A stretch of DNA of 62,456 nucleotides, taken from NCBI GenBank assembly GCA_030614705.1, contig JAUWTN010000001.1:1-62456 (forward strand), read 5' to 3'. The first letter of the stretch is position 1, and each line of letters starts with the position of its first letter. Below are positions 25,942 through 35,647 of the stretch, piece after piece. Origin of the DNA: Candidatus Aenigmatarchaeota archaeon (GTDB taxonomy: Archaea; Aenigmatarchaeota; Aenigmatarchaeia; QMZS01). A program made the position numbers and the translations under genes. The notes below the pieces were generated by a model. The model saw nothing but the letters and a program-made list of their open reading frames with translations, was not told the DNA's origin and made no database searches.

Positions 25942-27198
25942 TTTTTTATTAATCCTTATTTCTTTATTTGAAATTGAAGACAATACTTTTTCAAGTTCAT
26001 TTAATAATTCTCCAACAACTCCTTTTTCTTCTGATTTAATACTTTTCTTTTCTTCTTCCAATTGTCTCAATTTTTCAGTCAACTTTTCAAGATTCTTCTC
26101 AAACTCTTCAGTTGATAATTTTGGTTTTAATTTTTTTATGGTTGTAATATTCTCAAGAAGACCTTTAGAAATTTCTTTGTGTTTTATTTGAGATTCTTTT
26201 ATTGAATCAGTTATATTTTTTTCAATACTCAAAAATTTCTTTTTCTTTTTCTCATCTGGCTCTACCTTATCAAGATGTTTTTTTACATTTTCAACCGTCT
26301 CTTCAAAAAAATCAGATTTTTGAAGCAAAATTTCAGGATTATCAAGAAAATCTTCGATTTTTGCTATTTGTTTTTTATCTGGTTCGCAATTATGGATATA
26401 TCCTTTAATCTGTCTGCTAACCCCGGACACAATTTGAGTGACTTCCCCCACCACACTCTCTGCTTGCAACTCAAATTCTTTTTGTTGTTTTTCAAGTTTT
26501 GCAAGATTTCTTGATTCTGCTGAAGAAGCAACCTCAGAAATTTTTAAGTTATGGGTTTTCATCTCTTTTTTCAATTTAATTATTTTTTCGTCCAATCCCT
26601 TTTCTCTCTTTTCTGATTTAATCTTATTGTCCTCAATACTATTTATTTTATAAACCAACCTTTCCGCTTCTTCCACCTCAGAAATAAGAGAATAATCTGA
26701 ATTGAGGAATGATTCAAAATTATCCATCTCTTTCTTAAACTCCTTCAATCCCTGAGCTATGCGTTTCATATCTTTTTCAAAAGGTTGCAAAAGAATAAGA
26801 GCCTCTCTTGAAAAACTATTTAATTTGTTGAAAGTTTCCAGAACAATTGATTTTATTTTAAAGATTTGTGGTTTTTCATCCAGAGAATTTACTGCCCGGA
26901 TAATTAATTTTTCTGAATTGGAACAATAATTCTTCTTACTGGTTTCAACAATATTTGAAATGTCTCTTTTGTCCTGTAAAATAACAGGTTCAAAATCAGA
27001 ATCTGAAAGTCTCTTAAAAATACCTTCTAATGAATTGAGCTGATAAATTAAGGATTTCCGAAATTTTTCAGATTTAGTCTCAAGTTCCTGCTTCTTATCT
27101 CCAAGCTCTTCTTCTATAAAAACGCCAATTTCCTCAAAATTCAGGTCTTTTGTTGATTTTTCACTTTTTTTCTTAAAAAATCTATCCAACAATCGCAT
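25939..27198 (-). CDS. Hypothetical long coiled-coil protein
   Basis: 419 aa, K/E-rich heptad-like sequence throughout; its stop overlaps the tRNA 3' end by 3 nt. Confidence 0.55.
   Translation of the reverse strand: MRLLDRFFKKKSEKSTKDLNFEEIGVFIEEELGDKKQELETKSEKFRKSLIYQLNSLEGIFKRLSDSDFEPVILQDKRDISNIVETSKKNYCSNSEKLIIRAVNSLDEKPQIFKIKSIVLETFNKLNSFSREALILLQPFEKDMKRIAQGLKEFKKEMDNFESFLNSDYSLISEVEEAERLVYKINSIEDNKIKSEKREKGLDEKIIKLKKEMKTHNLKISEVASSAESRNLAKLEKQQKEFELQAESVVGEVTQIVSGVSRQIKGYIHNCEPDKKQIAKIEDFLDNPEILLQKSDFFEETVENVKKHLDKVEPDEKKKKKFLSIEKNITDSIKESQIKHKEISKGLLENITTIKKLKPKLSTEEFEKNLEKLTEKLRQLEEEKKSIKSEEKGVVGELLNELEKVLSSISNKEIRINKK
25942..25947 (+). terminator. Oligo-T tract immediately after tRNA-Gln(CUG)
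   Basis: TTTTTT directly follows the discriminator base; archaeal RNAP terminates at oligo-T. Confidence 0.4.
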
Positions 27199-27230
27199 AA
27201 TGTTAATTTAAATTTATTTTATCCTATATT

Positions 27231-27524
27231 ATGGCAAGGTTTGGACATGGAAAAATCAGTAAATCTAGGAATAAATTAATAAGAGGTAAAAAGAATGATG
27301 GAATCACCAAATACCTTAAAAAATTTGAAATTGGTGAGAAAGTAGTAATTAAGATAGACTCAAGTTCCCAGAATTACCCTCATCCGAGATATCATGGCTT
27401 GATAGGTGAAGTCAGCAACACAAGAGGAAAAGCTTATATTGTAGATATTGTTGTGGGAAACAAACAAAAACAGATAATTTCAGTGCCTGAACATTTAAAG
27501 AAACATTCAACAACCAACAAATAA
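27231..27524 (+). CDS. rpl21e: 50S ribosomal protein L21e
   Basis: 97 aa; FEIGEKVVIKID.S.....PHPRYHGLIGEV...RGKAYIVD...G.K.K.I...EHLK matches the L21e pattern. Confidence 0.85.
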   Translation: MARFGHGKISKSRNKLIRGKKNDGITKYLKKFEIGEKVVIKIDSSSQNYPHPRYHGLIGEVSNTRGKAYIVDIVVGNKQKQIISVPEHLKKHSTTNK

Positions 27525-27838
27525 AATTGTTTGGATTTTAAACTTAAAAATATTTTTGATATAAACTTTCTAAATTCATCTGGAATTAAATTTGCAGTTA
27601 GATCTATCTGGCTTCCCAAAGCTCTTAATTGTTTATCATATGATTTCTGCATATATTCTGAAAGTTCATGAAAAGTATTCGCCAGGTTTCTGCCAGCTTC
27701 AAGCTCACACCCAATATCCGTGAAATATTTATCAATTACTTCCCCCTCACTATCAGAAATATATTCAAAATGAGGCACTCCGGCACAATCTAAAAAAGGA
27801 TATACCACACCCATTCCAAATTTAGTATAGACCCTCAT
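27434..27838 (-). CDS. Hypothetical protein
   Basis: 134-aa ORF; its last ~30 codons overlap the 3' end of rpl21e on the opposite strand, so the C-terminus is doubtful. Confidence 0.4.
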   Translation of the reverse strand: MRVYTKFGMGVVYPFLDCAGVPHFEYISDSEGEVIDKYFTDIGCELEAGRNLANTFHELSEYMQKSYDKQLRALGSQIDLTANLIPDEFRKFISKIFLSLKSKQFYLLVVECFFKCSGTEIICFCLFPTTISTI

Positions 27839-27854
27839 TTTATTTTATAATTAA

Positions 27855-29186
27855 TTAAATAATTATTTGATTTGAGAAAACCATCTTCACCAAATCTTTT
27901 ATTTTATATCTGACCTTTGCAATCGAGAAAGAATAGGTTTCTATTAATCCAATTCTCGGAGTAATCTTATATGAAAATACCCTTGTTTCTTTTGGCTCAA
28001 GTCTTGAAACTTTCCACACCAGCTTATTCTTTGCGCCCACTTTCATAATCTTATCAGGTCTTATGCCGCTGAACTCCCGGTTTAATTTAAAAATTGGTTG
28101 GACATAATCTTCGATTAACACATTGCTTAATTCGTGTTTTGTTTTGTTTATGACTTCTATACAAACACCCACTTCTTTTCCTTCCTCTAATTTATTTATT
28201 CTCTTCATTAAGAATTTCTTTACCTTTACTTCTCTTCTAAGAGACAAGCCAAATAAAATAACAAAGAATGCTATTGCCAAACAAACTATTAGAAATAAAG
28301 AATAATTGTAAGAATAAGAGATTATATACTTTTGATTTGGCAACAGCACAAATTCCCACACATACTTATAAGAATTACCTTCAACCAATTTCTCTTTATA
28401 ATTAGTTGCCTTAAAAAAAGAATCCAGGGATTTATCAACAAGCACTGAATATTTTTTACTCTCAGTTATCATTCCTCTATTATCAAACACTATTCTGGAA
28501 CCTGAAACAAGATAATAATTCCAATCGCTCCTGCTTTCAACTATTTTTGATTCCTGTTCAACACCCTCAATGTACTGGATTAGATAAGATTTATTTATTC
28601 TCTCCACAACCAAATTCCCTTTTAAAAAACTCGCTTCAGCCATATAATCACCATATTCAGAATCTAAAGGAAAAGTAAAACTGTTTTCCCCGATAGAGAT
28701 ATTTTCTTCTATTCTTTTTATCAAACGACTTCCTTTATAAATATCCATAAACAATCCGAAAGTTTCTTCAGACTCAACAACCAAACCTAAATTTTTGCCA
28801 TCGCACACAAATTCTTTAATTTCTGGTTTCTTTAAATCACGGATAATAATTTTCAGATATTTTTCAATTTCATCCTTCCTGGATTTTGCAATTAATTTAA
28901 TATAATATTCACCTTCATCTATACCCAAATTTGGCTGCAAAAATACTGAGATATTTTTGGATTCTCCTGATTTGACTAAAATCTGAGAATATGAGAAAAA
29001 TATCCATGGATACCACCCAACAGAATAAACAGAATATCTGAGCTCCTCACCGTAAGAATTATTTATTTCAAATACTAATTCTCTATGTTCTCCTTGTTGA
29101 ATATTTATGGTTTCAAGTCCATAAACCGAATTAATCGAACAAAGAAGAACTAAAATAAAGACAAATAAATTAATGTTTTTCCTCAT
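27855..29186 (-). CDS. Hypothetical surface/membrane protein (signal peptide, beta-sandwich-like ectodomain, one internal TM)
   Basis: 443 aa; signal peptide NLFVFILVLLCSINSVYG; TM LFLIVCLAIAFFVILFGLSL; CARDB/DUF11-like motif LEPKETRVFSYKI. Confidence 0.55.
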   Translation of the reverse strand: MRKNINLFVFILVLLCSINSVYGLETINIQQGEHRELVFEINNSYGEELRYSVYSVGWYPWIFFSYSQILVKSGESKNISVFLQPNLGIDEGEYYIKLIAKSRKDEIEKYLKIIIRDLKKPEIKEFVCDGKNLGLVVESEETFGLFMDIYKGSRLIKRIEENISIGENSFTFPLDSEYGDYMAEASFLKGNLVVERINKSYLIQYIEGVEQESKIVESRSDWNYYLVSGSRIVFDNRGMITESKKYSVLVDKSLDSFFKATNYKEKLVEGNSYKYVWEFVLLPNQKYIISYSYNYSLFLIVCLAIAFFVILFGLSLRREVKVKKFLMKRINKLEEGKEVGVCIEVINKTKHELSNVLIEDYVQPIFKLNREFSGIRPDKIMKVGAKNKLVWKVSRLEPKETRVFSYKITPRIGLIETYSFSIAKVRYKIKDLVKMVFSNQIII

Positions 29187-29469
29187 AATAATTATTTAAC
29201 TATTTAGATTATATAACTGCTAAAAGGTGGATTTAGCCCTTCAACCCTAATTACAGTGAAGATAATTAATTATGATCTTAATTCCTAGGCTTTATCATAT
29301 GCTCTGTCAGTTTCTCCATAAGTCGACTCATGCCTTGTTTTTATTTCCTTTCTTGTTAAAGGATCTTCCGAAGAATCTAAAATACTTCTCATCTTCGTTA
29401 AAGACTTCAAAATATCTTCTTTTCAATATTTCGGTTTCATAAACAAAATATCCTTGCAAATTATAAATA

Positions 29470-30507
29470 TTACTCTATAAATTCATTTTGGACAAATTCT
29501 CTTGAAATATTTAACTTTTCAAAAATCTGATAATCATTCACAGACAGTCCCTTAAGTTCACTTAATTTTGGCACATTTTCCGGAGTATCTACATCCCTGG
29601 TTGGCATCTGCATTGCTTTTGTCTCTGAGAGTTTTTTCTCAATTTCTTTTGAAAGTAAGTAGTCTATTAATATTTTCCCGTTTTCTTCATGAGGGGCCCC
29701 ATTGATTAACATTACTGAGTTTGGAATTATTAGGGTTCCTGACTGTTCAGCACCCTGGTCTGGAAACACCATCTTAACAGGTTTTCCATCAACAACTGCA
29801 TCATTTGCATCATCGGTGTCTGTAATCCCAATCCAGCACTCGCCCGCAACAACCTGATCTCTTACCATTGAATTGCTTGACACAATTTGCATTTCATTTT
29901 CTTTTAAATTTAGCAAAAATTCCTTTGCTCCTTCATCTCCCATCATTGCAAATAACGCAGCTATATGAGATCCTGTTGTCCCGAACAAAGGATTTGCAAT
30001 GCACACTTTTCCTTTCCATTTTTCATCTGTGAGTTCATAAATTGAGGTTGGGGCTTCGCTTTCATTAATCAAATCTGTGTTATAAATAAGAACTCTCGCT
30101 CTTGCCGCAAACCCTGTCCAGTAACATTCCTTGTCTTTGTATTTTTCAGAAATGTTTATACTGCTTACAGAACAATAGGGCTTGGATATAAACTCCTCCT
30201 TTAACTGTATTGACCTGCTTATTTCATTATTCCAAAAAACATCTGCGCGGGGATTGTCTTTTTCAGCAATTAATAGGTTCACCAAGCCAACAGTCTTTGT
30301 TAATTCAGTATCATATTTAATCTTAACTTTCATTCCGGTCTTTTCTCTGAATTCTTCCAGAATAGGTTCGCTGTAATCCTGATCATGAGCAACATAAATC
30401 ACAACAGTTCTGCCAATAACTTCCTGAACACTCCACATAATTCCCATCACCAACATTATCGCAACAAAACTTCCAACAGCATAAACAATGAGTGACTGAC
30501 CTTTCAT
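29470..30507 (-). CDS. ABC transporter substrate-binding protein (family 1, Fe3+/polyamine/thiamine type)
   Basis: 345 aa; N-terminal TM anchor; VIYVAHDQDYSEPILEEFREKTGMKVK and ADVFWNNE motifs; no permease or ATPase gene adjacent. Confidence 0.7.
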   Translation of the reverse strand: MKGQSLIVYAVGSFVAIMLVMGIMWSVQEVIGRTVVIYVAHDQDYSEPILEEFREKTGMKVKIKYDTELTKTVGLVNLLIAEKDNPRADVFWNNEISRSIQLKEEFISKPYCSVSSINISEKYKDKECYWTGFAARARVLIYNTDLINESEAPTSIYELTDEKWKGKVCIANPLFGTTGSHIAALFAMMGDEGAKEFLLNLKENEMQIVSSNSMVRDQVVAGECWIGITDTDDANDAVVDGKPVKMVFPDQGAEQSGTLIIPNSVMLINGAPHEENGKILIDYLLSKEIEKKLSETKAMQMPTRDVDTPENVPKLSELKGLSVNDYQIFEKLNISREFVQNEFIE

Positions 30508-30594
30508 ATATATCTATAATAGATTAAAATAAATCCTGCTAAAGATTAATTAATTTTGTAAAAATAATTTGGTTTTTAGGAACAAACACAAAAA

Positions 30595-32226
30595 TTAATT
30601 TAGAAAATCCAAATCAAGTTCAAAACCTGTTGTGGGATTATCCAATTTGAAATTATCTAAAACCTTTGGACAAATCTCTCCGATTATTCCGCTCTCTTTT
30701 CCATTAACAATTATTTTTGCAACCCTTCCTTTTATAAATCTCTTGTCTTCGGTTTCCTTCAATTTATAAGAAACATTCAAATTTGAAAATATTGAATTTA
30801 GAACAGAAGAAATTTCTTCATAAGTGGAAATTGAATTTGAGATGACTGAAGATAAGTGAGTGGTCTCCCTCGACCGGGTCTCTGATTTCTTGTCTGGAAA
30901 TAAAACCTTTCCAACTTCAAATATTTTCTGAGGGAATTCATAATGCTGATTTGTTTTTAACACTCTCAATAATTCAGGCAATAAAGAAACCCTTATCATA
31001 TTAATGGATTTGTCAACCTGGGCGTCAAGTAAAATTGCATCCCCTTCCCGTCTCATCTTTCCAAACTGTTCTTCCCTGCTTGTGAGAAGCAATGTAAAAA
31101 CTTCCTGAAATCCAAGACCGACCACCAATTCCCTGACTTTGGTTTCTATTCGGGTATTTCTCATCAAATTCCCTATCGTTGAAACCTGCGGGAATTCAGG
31201 AATAAAATTGCCTGGTTCGTAAGCTCTTGCAATATCATCTATAACATCCACTTCGTGCAATATATCCGTCCGGTAACAAGGAGCAAAAATCTTAGATCCT
31301 TTTATCAGATAACCTGTTTTTTCCAAAAGAGAAAATATTTCTTTATCAGATAATTTTAAACCAAGCATACTTTCTGCATTGCATTTTTTCAGGTTAATTT
31401 TCTCCGAATTTAAATTTGGAGTTTCTATTTTTTTATCTTTATAAACAACATCCATTGAATAAACTTCTCCCCCAAAATCAACCAAAGCCGTAACTATTAA
31501 ATTCAAAGTTTTTTTAAGAGTTTCCATATTGTGTCCTGAAAATTCTATGAAAACTTCCTTTGTATTATTTGTAATTTTCCCAAGTTTTGCGGAATTAATT
31601 ATCGGAGGCATTGACAATATCTCATCTTTTGAATCTATAAAAATAGGGTATTTATCGCATCCTTCAAGAAGGTATTTGTAATCCATTCCTTTTGGATGTT
31701 TTTCAAGAATCTCCTTTCCGGTCATACTCTCTGAAAAATCCAAAGGGATAAAAGATAATTTTTCCGGTTTCTCAGCCCTGTAATAGATAGGTGTTGTGAT
31801 AGCTTCAAAAGGGTATATTCCTATTGCAGCCTTCTTTCTGCCCCTTGCAAAAGTTGAATGTAATTTTTCCTGATAATCTATTATCTCTTTTAGATTGTCC
31901 TCATTAAATTTCAGGTTTTTCACAACAGCGCAAACTGTAAAAGGTCTGACTTTTTTAACGGTAGATTCAACAATAACTTTATACCCGCTTTTCCTGGTCT
32001 TATATTCTCTGGGTTTTTCTCCGAGATAATGATTTATTGCTCTTGCAAGACCGTGAGCGCATAACAAATCCGGTCTTTCAGCAGTCATCTCAATTGCAAT
32101 TTCGTCTCCCTTTACCTCATCCAATTCAAATCCCATATTGAACAATACATCTTCAAGTTTATCCAAAGACAATTTCTTCTTTATTAAACTATTAAAATAT
32201 CCCAGACTCGTATTTAACATTACCAT
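30595..32226 (-). CDS. pheT: Phenylalanine--tRNA ligase beta subunit (archaeal type)
   Basis: 543 aa; B3/4 and B5 domain pattern, MTAERPDLL, DVIDDIARAYEP; overlaps pheS by 7 nt. Confidence 0.9.
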   Translation of the reverse strand: MVMLNTSLGYFNSLIKKKLSLDKLEDVLFNMGFELDEVKGDEIAIEMTAERPDLLCAHGLARAINHYLGEKPREYKTRKSGYKVIVESTVKKVRPFTVCAVVKNLKFNEDNLKEIIDYQEKLHSTFARGRKKAAIGIYPFEAITTPIYYRAEKPEKLSFIPLDFSESMTGKEILEKHPKGMDYKYLLEGCDKYPIFIDSKDEILSMPPIINSAKLGKITNNTKEVFIEFSGHNMETLKKTLNLIVTALVDFGGEVYSMDVVYKDKKIETPNLNSEKINLKKCNAESMLGLKLSDKEIFSLLEKTGYLIKGSKIFAPCYRTDILHEVDVIDDIARAYEPGNFIPEFPQVSTIGNLMRNTRIETKVRELVVGLGFQEVFTLLLTSREEQFGKMRREGDAILLDAQVDKSINMIRVSLLPELLRVLKTNQHYEFPQKIFEVGKVLFPDKKSETRSRETTHLSSVISNSISTYEEISSVLNSIFSNLNVSYKLKETEDKRFIKGRVAKIIVNGKESGIIGEICPKVLDNFKLDNPTTGFELDLDFLN

Positions 32227-33494
32227 TTTTCAAGTTTCAAAAGATTATAATTTCTTAAATATTTTAGGTCGCATGTGTGTCCAAGAATTTCTTTAATGCT
32301 TTTATTTCCATAAATAAACATTGCCAATCTCTCAATTCCAAAACCCCACGCAATCACAGGAACTTTAATTCCGTAAGGGGATAAAGATTCCGGTCGGAAA
32401 ATTCCTGAATTTATTAACTCAATCCACCTGCCCAGCTTTTCTGAATATCCAAATGCCTCAAGACTTGGTTCTGTGTAAGGGTTATAATTAAATTTAAATT
32501 TCACTTCGTCCAGTCCGAATTTGGAATAAAATGATTTTATAAATCCCATCAAAGTTCTTATATTAAGATTATTCGCCGCAATAAAACCTTCTGCATGATG
32601 AAATTCCGGGAGGTGAGTTGCGTCCGAAGCTTCATTCCGAAAAACCCTTCCAATACAAAAACGCTTGCATGGAGTCTCGATACCTCCTGCAAGAGTCCGG
32701 TAAGTCACAGAAGTTGTATGCGTTCTCAACAATAATTGTTTTGCTATTTCAGGCACCCATTTTATATTCCACCCTTTTGAACCTGAATTGCCTCCGGTCT
32801 CATGAACCTCTTTAACATTCTTAACTATTTTTTTATCTGGCAAGTCGCCCTCACCTGAAAGGTAAAAAGTATCCTGAATATCTCTCGCCGGATGGTCCTG
32901 CGGAATAAACATTGAGTCCATATTCCAGAAAGCTGTTTCAACCAAAGGTCCTTGCATTTCATCAAAACCCATCTCAATAAAAACCTCTCTTATTTTTTCA
33001 AAAACCAAATTCAAAGGATGTTTTTTTCCGGGATAAATTTTCTTTCCCGGGAACTCAACATTGTATTTCTTAAATTTAACATCTCTCCACACACCTGATC
33101 TAATAATTTCAGGGGTTACATCCACCACTTCTTTGCCTATTAATTTTTTGGTTTCAAGTTCTTTTTCAGTAACATTCCTTACAAGATTTCTTGTTAGCAA
33201 TATTTTCATTTTATCCTCATCAAATTTTCCTGATTTAATTTCCTTCAAATATTCTTCAACTTCGTATTTTTTTTCAAGTATGGATTTTCCTGATTCTGTA
33301 AGTTTCATCACCCCTTTTTCGATTTCAATCCACTGGTTCTTCTTTGCCCACTGCAAAGCAATGTTGAAGTTTTCCAGTTTTTTTGCCTCAGAAACAGACA
33401 ATTCTTTTTTGGAAAGTTCTTTTACCAGATTTATTTCCGGCAACTTATTTTTCAGATATTTTTCCCCTTCTTCAGTCAAGACATACATAATCAT
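32220..33494 (-). CDS. pheS: Phenylalanine--tRNA ligase alpha subunit
   Basis: 424 aa; class II motifs FIPQDHPARD, LRTHTTSV, FRNE..D.THLPEFHH.EG, GFGIERLAM. Confidence 0.9.
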   Translation of the reverse strand: MIMYVLTEEGEKYLKNKLPEINLVKELSKKELSVSEAKKLENFNIALQWAKKNQWIEIEKGVMKLTESGKSILEKKYEVEEYLKEIKSGKFDEDKMKILLTRNLVRNVTEKELETKKLIGKEVVDVTPEIIRSGVWRDVKFKKYNVEFPGKKIYPGKKHPLNLVFEKIREVFIEMGFDEMQGPLVETAFWNMDSMFIPQDHPARDIQDTFYLSGEGDLPDKKIVKNVKEVHETGGNSGSKGWNIKWVPEIAKQLLLRTHTTSVTYRTLAGGIETPCKRFCIGRVFRNEASDATHLPEFHHAEGFIAANNLNIRTLMGFIKSFYSKFGLDEVKFKFNYNPYTEPSLEAFGYSEKLGRWIELINSGIFRPESLSPYGIKVPVIAWGFGIERLAMFIYGNKSIKEILGHTCDLKYLRNYNLLKLEKW

Positions 33495-33639
33495 CTAAAG
33501 TCAATAATATTATATAAATCTTAATTTCTTATCTCTTCCATTTCTTTGTTTAGCTGATTAAAATCAATATTTTTCTCACTTTCCTCGATTTTGACCAAAA
33601 ACCAGAATTTGGCAATATTGACCGTAAAATAAAATTAAG

Positions 33640-33750
33640 TGGGAAGAGTGGGATTTGATTGCGGCTTCTTTTCAAAATATTTCAGAGAAAAGAGTACCCA
33701 CGACATCACGGTCTTCAACCGTGCGCTCTCCCAGCCTGAGCTACCTTCCC
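33640..33750 (-). tRNA. tRNA-Phe(GAA) with a 37-nt T-loop intron (about position 54/55)
   Basis: Hand-folded. Acceptor GGGAAGG/TCTTCCC, D arm GCTC-AGGCTGGGA-GAGC, anticodon stem CACGG/CCGTG, loop TTGAAGA, T stem GTGGG/CCCAC. Intron 33695-33659; mature length 74 nt; no CCA. Confidence 0.85.
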
Positions 33751-33756
33751 ATAATT
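33751..33756 (-). promoter_or_regulatory. Conserved AATTAT hexamer at -6..-1 of the tRNA
   Basis: Identical hexamer and position as at the other three tRNAs; TATA-like TTTTAAAT at about -26..-19. Confidence 0.35.
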
Positions 33757-33816
33757 TGTTAAAATTTAATTTAAAATAGAGAGAGAATATTCTGGAATAA
33801 AGGATAATACCTTAAA

Positions 33817-35574
33817 TTACATATATCCTAGAATTCCTTTTATCTCCTCCAGCAATTCAAGGTCAGTTTCATCGCATTTTATTAATTCACGATAATCATC
33901 CTTTGATATAAGAGAATAAAGTATTTCACCCTCTTTTACCTGCCTGCCAATTGTAACTCCGTTAAAGGACACTGCTGCCTGTTCTTCTTTTTCAAGCACT
34001 TTCAAATGTTTGCCTTCTTTCTGAATTTGATTGGCGGTGCCGACAACCTTGCCTTCTGAATTTATTAGTTTTGCTTCGGTTACCAAATTTCCCGCAAGAA
34101 CCTCAACCCCAATTATAGCCGGATTATTCTTCCTGAAAACACGCCCGGGCAATAATTTTATCTTAACTATTTTTTTCATTTTCTGCTTCTTATCAGCTTG
34201 TTCTGCCTCTTCCAATTTATTCACCCATTCTTCATACTCTTCGAATAATTTATAAATTACATTTCCCTGAATAACTTTTATGTTTTTATTGAGCGCCAAA
34301 TCTTCAAAAGTATTTTCAACATTAAAACAGATCAGCACTTTGTTTTTGGGGGTGGCATTTTCGAGCATCACTAAATCTTCTTTAATCGGAGCGCCTACTT
34401 TTGCTCTTCTTATACAGGATTTGCAAAACAAATTCATCAACGCTTCCAAACCTCCGATATTTGAAGTCCTCAAAATAATTCCATCTATCGATTTATCCAC
34501 CTCATTTGAAGTCTGTTCTTCTTCAAGCTCATCCAGCAATTTCATTTTTTCTTCCTCTGATCTGAAAACCGTGAAATTAGCACCCGCAAAAGCAGTATCA
34601 ATATTTTTCCCTATAACTTTTATTCCCGCAGCCGCTTTTATTTCCTTGACTGCCACAAACTTTTTTTCTGCTCTGATATCCTGCAATGAAGCTGGCTCAA
34701 GCAAAGCTCTTATTTTAACATAAATAGGTTTCTCTAATTCCACCATCACTTCGTCCCCAACTTTCAGAGTCCCGTCATATAAAATCACATCCACATTGGA
34801 ACCTAATTTCTCATCTTTTTTTAATTCAAGTATGACTCCTTTTCCAACATCGGATAATTGCAATTTATCTATTAAAAATTTCTGCGAAAGACCAATTAAA
34901 ACAGCAAACAGATTTTGCACGCCTTCACCCGTTATGCCCGAACATGGAACCATTGAAATTTCTTTTGTAAAATCTTTCACCTCATAAAATAATTCTGCAT
35001 TAAACCCTAAAGTTGAAAGTTCACCCTGTATCCTATAAAACCTTTCATCAAAATCCTGTTTTGTTCTCTCCTGTTGTTCTTTGATATTAACTGAAAAATC
35101 CTTGCTTTCATTTCTCCACCCCCACAGTCTGTCAACTTTTGTCAAAGCAATTACAAAAGGTGTTTTGCATTTTTTTAGAATATTTAAACTTTCTTCGGTC
35201 TGGGGTTTTAATCCCTCAGTAATATCTATAATCAGAATTGCCAAATCCGCAATTGCCCCTCCTTTTTCTCTCATTGCGCTAAATGCAAGATGACCTGGAG
35301 TATCTATAAATAACAATCCTGGTATTTTTACCTGATTTCTAATTGGTTCAAGATATTCAGAAGCAATATCAAAAATCACTGACATTGGAATGTCTGTTGC
35401 TCCGATTTCCTGTGTTATATTTCCGGCCTCTCTTTTTGCAACAACAGTCTTTCTCAGATAATCCAGTAAAGTTGTTTTCCCGTGGTCTACATGCCCAAGA
35501 ACCGTGACAATTGGTTGTCTTATTGATTTTGATTCCTGTTTTTTTGATTGACCTTTTTTAGACTCCGTTGCCAT
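33817..35574 (-). CDS. infB: Translation initiation factor aIF5B (IF-2 family GTPase)
   Basis: 585 aa; G motifs GHVDHGKTTLLD, DTPGH, TKVD. Confidence 0.9.
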   Translation of the reverse strand: MATESKKGQSKKQESKSIRQPIVTVLGHVDHGKTTLLDYLRKTVVAKREAGNITQEIGATDIPMSVIFDIASEYLEPIRNQVKIPGLLFIDTPGHLAFSAMREKGGAIADLAILIIDITEGLKPQTEESLNILKKCKTPFVIALTKVDRLWGWRNESKDFSVNIKEQQERTKQDFDERFYRIQGELSTLGFNAELFYEVKDFTKEISMVPCSGITGEGVQNLFAVLIGLSQKFLIDKLQLSDVGKGVILELKKDEKLGSNVDVILYDGTLKVGDEVMVELEKPIYVKIRALLEPASLQDIRAEKKFVAVKEIKAAAGIKVIGKNIDTAFAGANFTVFRSEEEKMKLLDELEEEQTSNEVDKSIDGIILRTSNIGGLEALMNLFCKSCIRRAKVGAPIKEDLVMLENATPKNKVLICFNVENTFEDLALNKNIKVIQGNVIYKLFEEYEEWVNKLEEAEQADKKQKMKKIVKIKLLPGRVFRKNNPAIIGVEVLAGNLVTEAKLINSEGKVVGTANQIQKEGKHLKVLEKEEQAAVSFNGVTIGRQVKEGEILYSLISKDDYRELIKCDETDLELLEEIKGILGYM

Positions 35575-35647
35575 AAACTATTTTGAATAATCTTAACAAA
35601 CACTAAAATCTGGTTTTATTAAGGGTTTTGAAAAATCTTAACTGATA

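Noticed and set aside
25916-26191. 91-aa plus-strand ORF starting inside tRNA-Gln(CUG).
   Set aside because: It overlaps the tRNA 3' exon and is antisense to the 419-aa coiled-coil gene. Its sequence is a low-complexity S/F-rich translation.
29272-29442. 56-aa plus-strand ORF in the 29.2-29.5 kb gap.
   Set aside because: Low-complexity L/F/S-rich peptide, no motif, and equally well explained as the antisense of the broken minus-strand frame. Neither strand is called as a gene.
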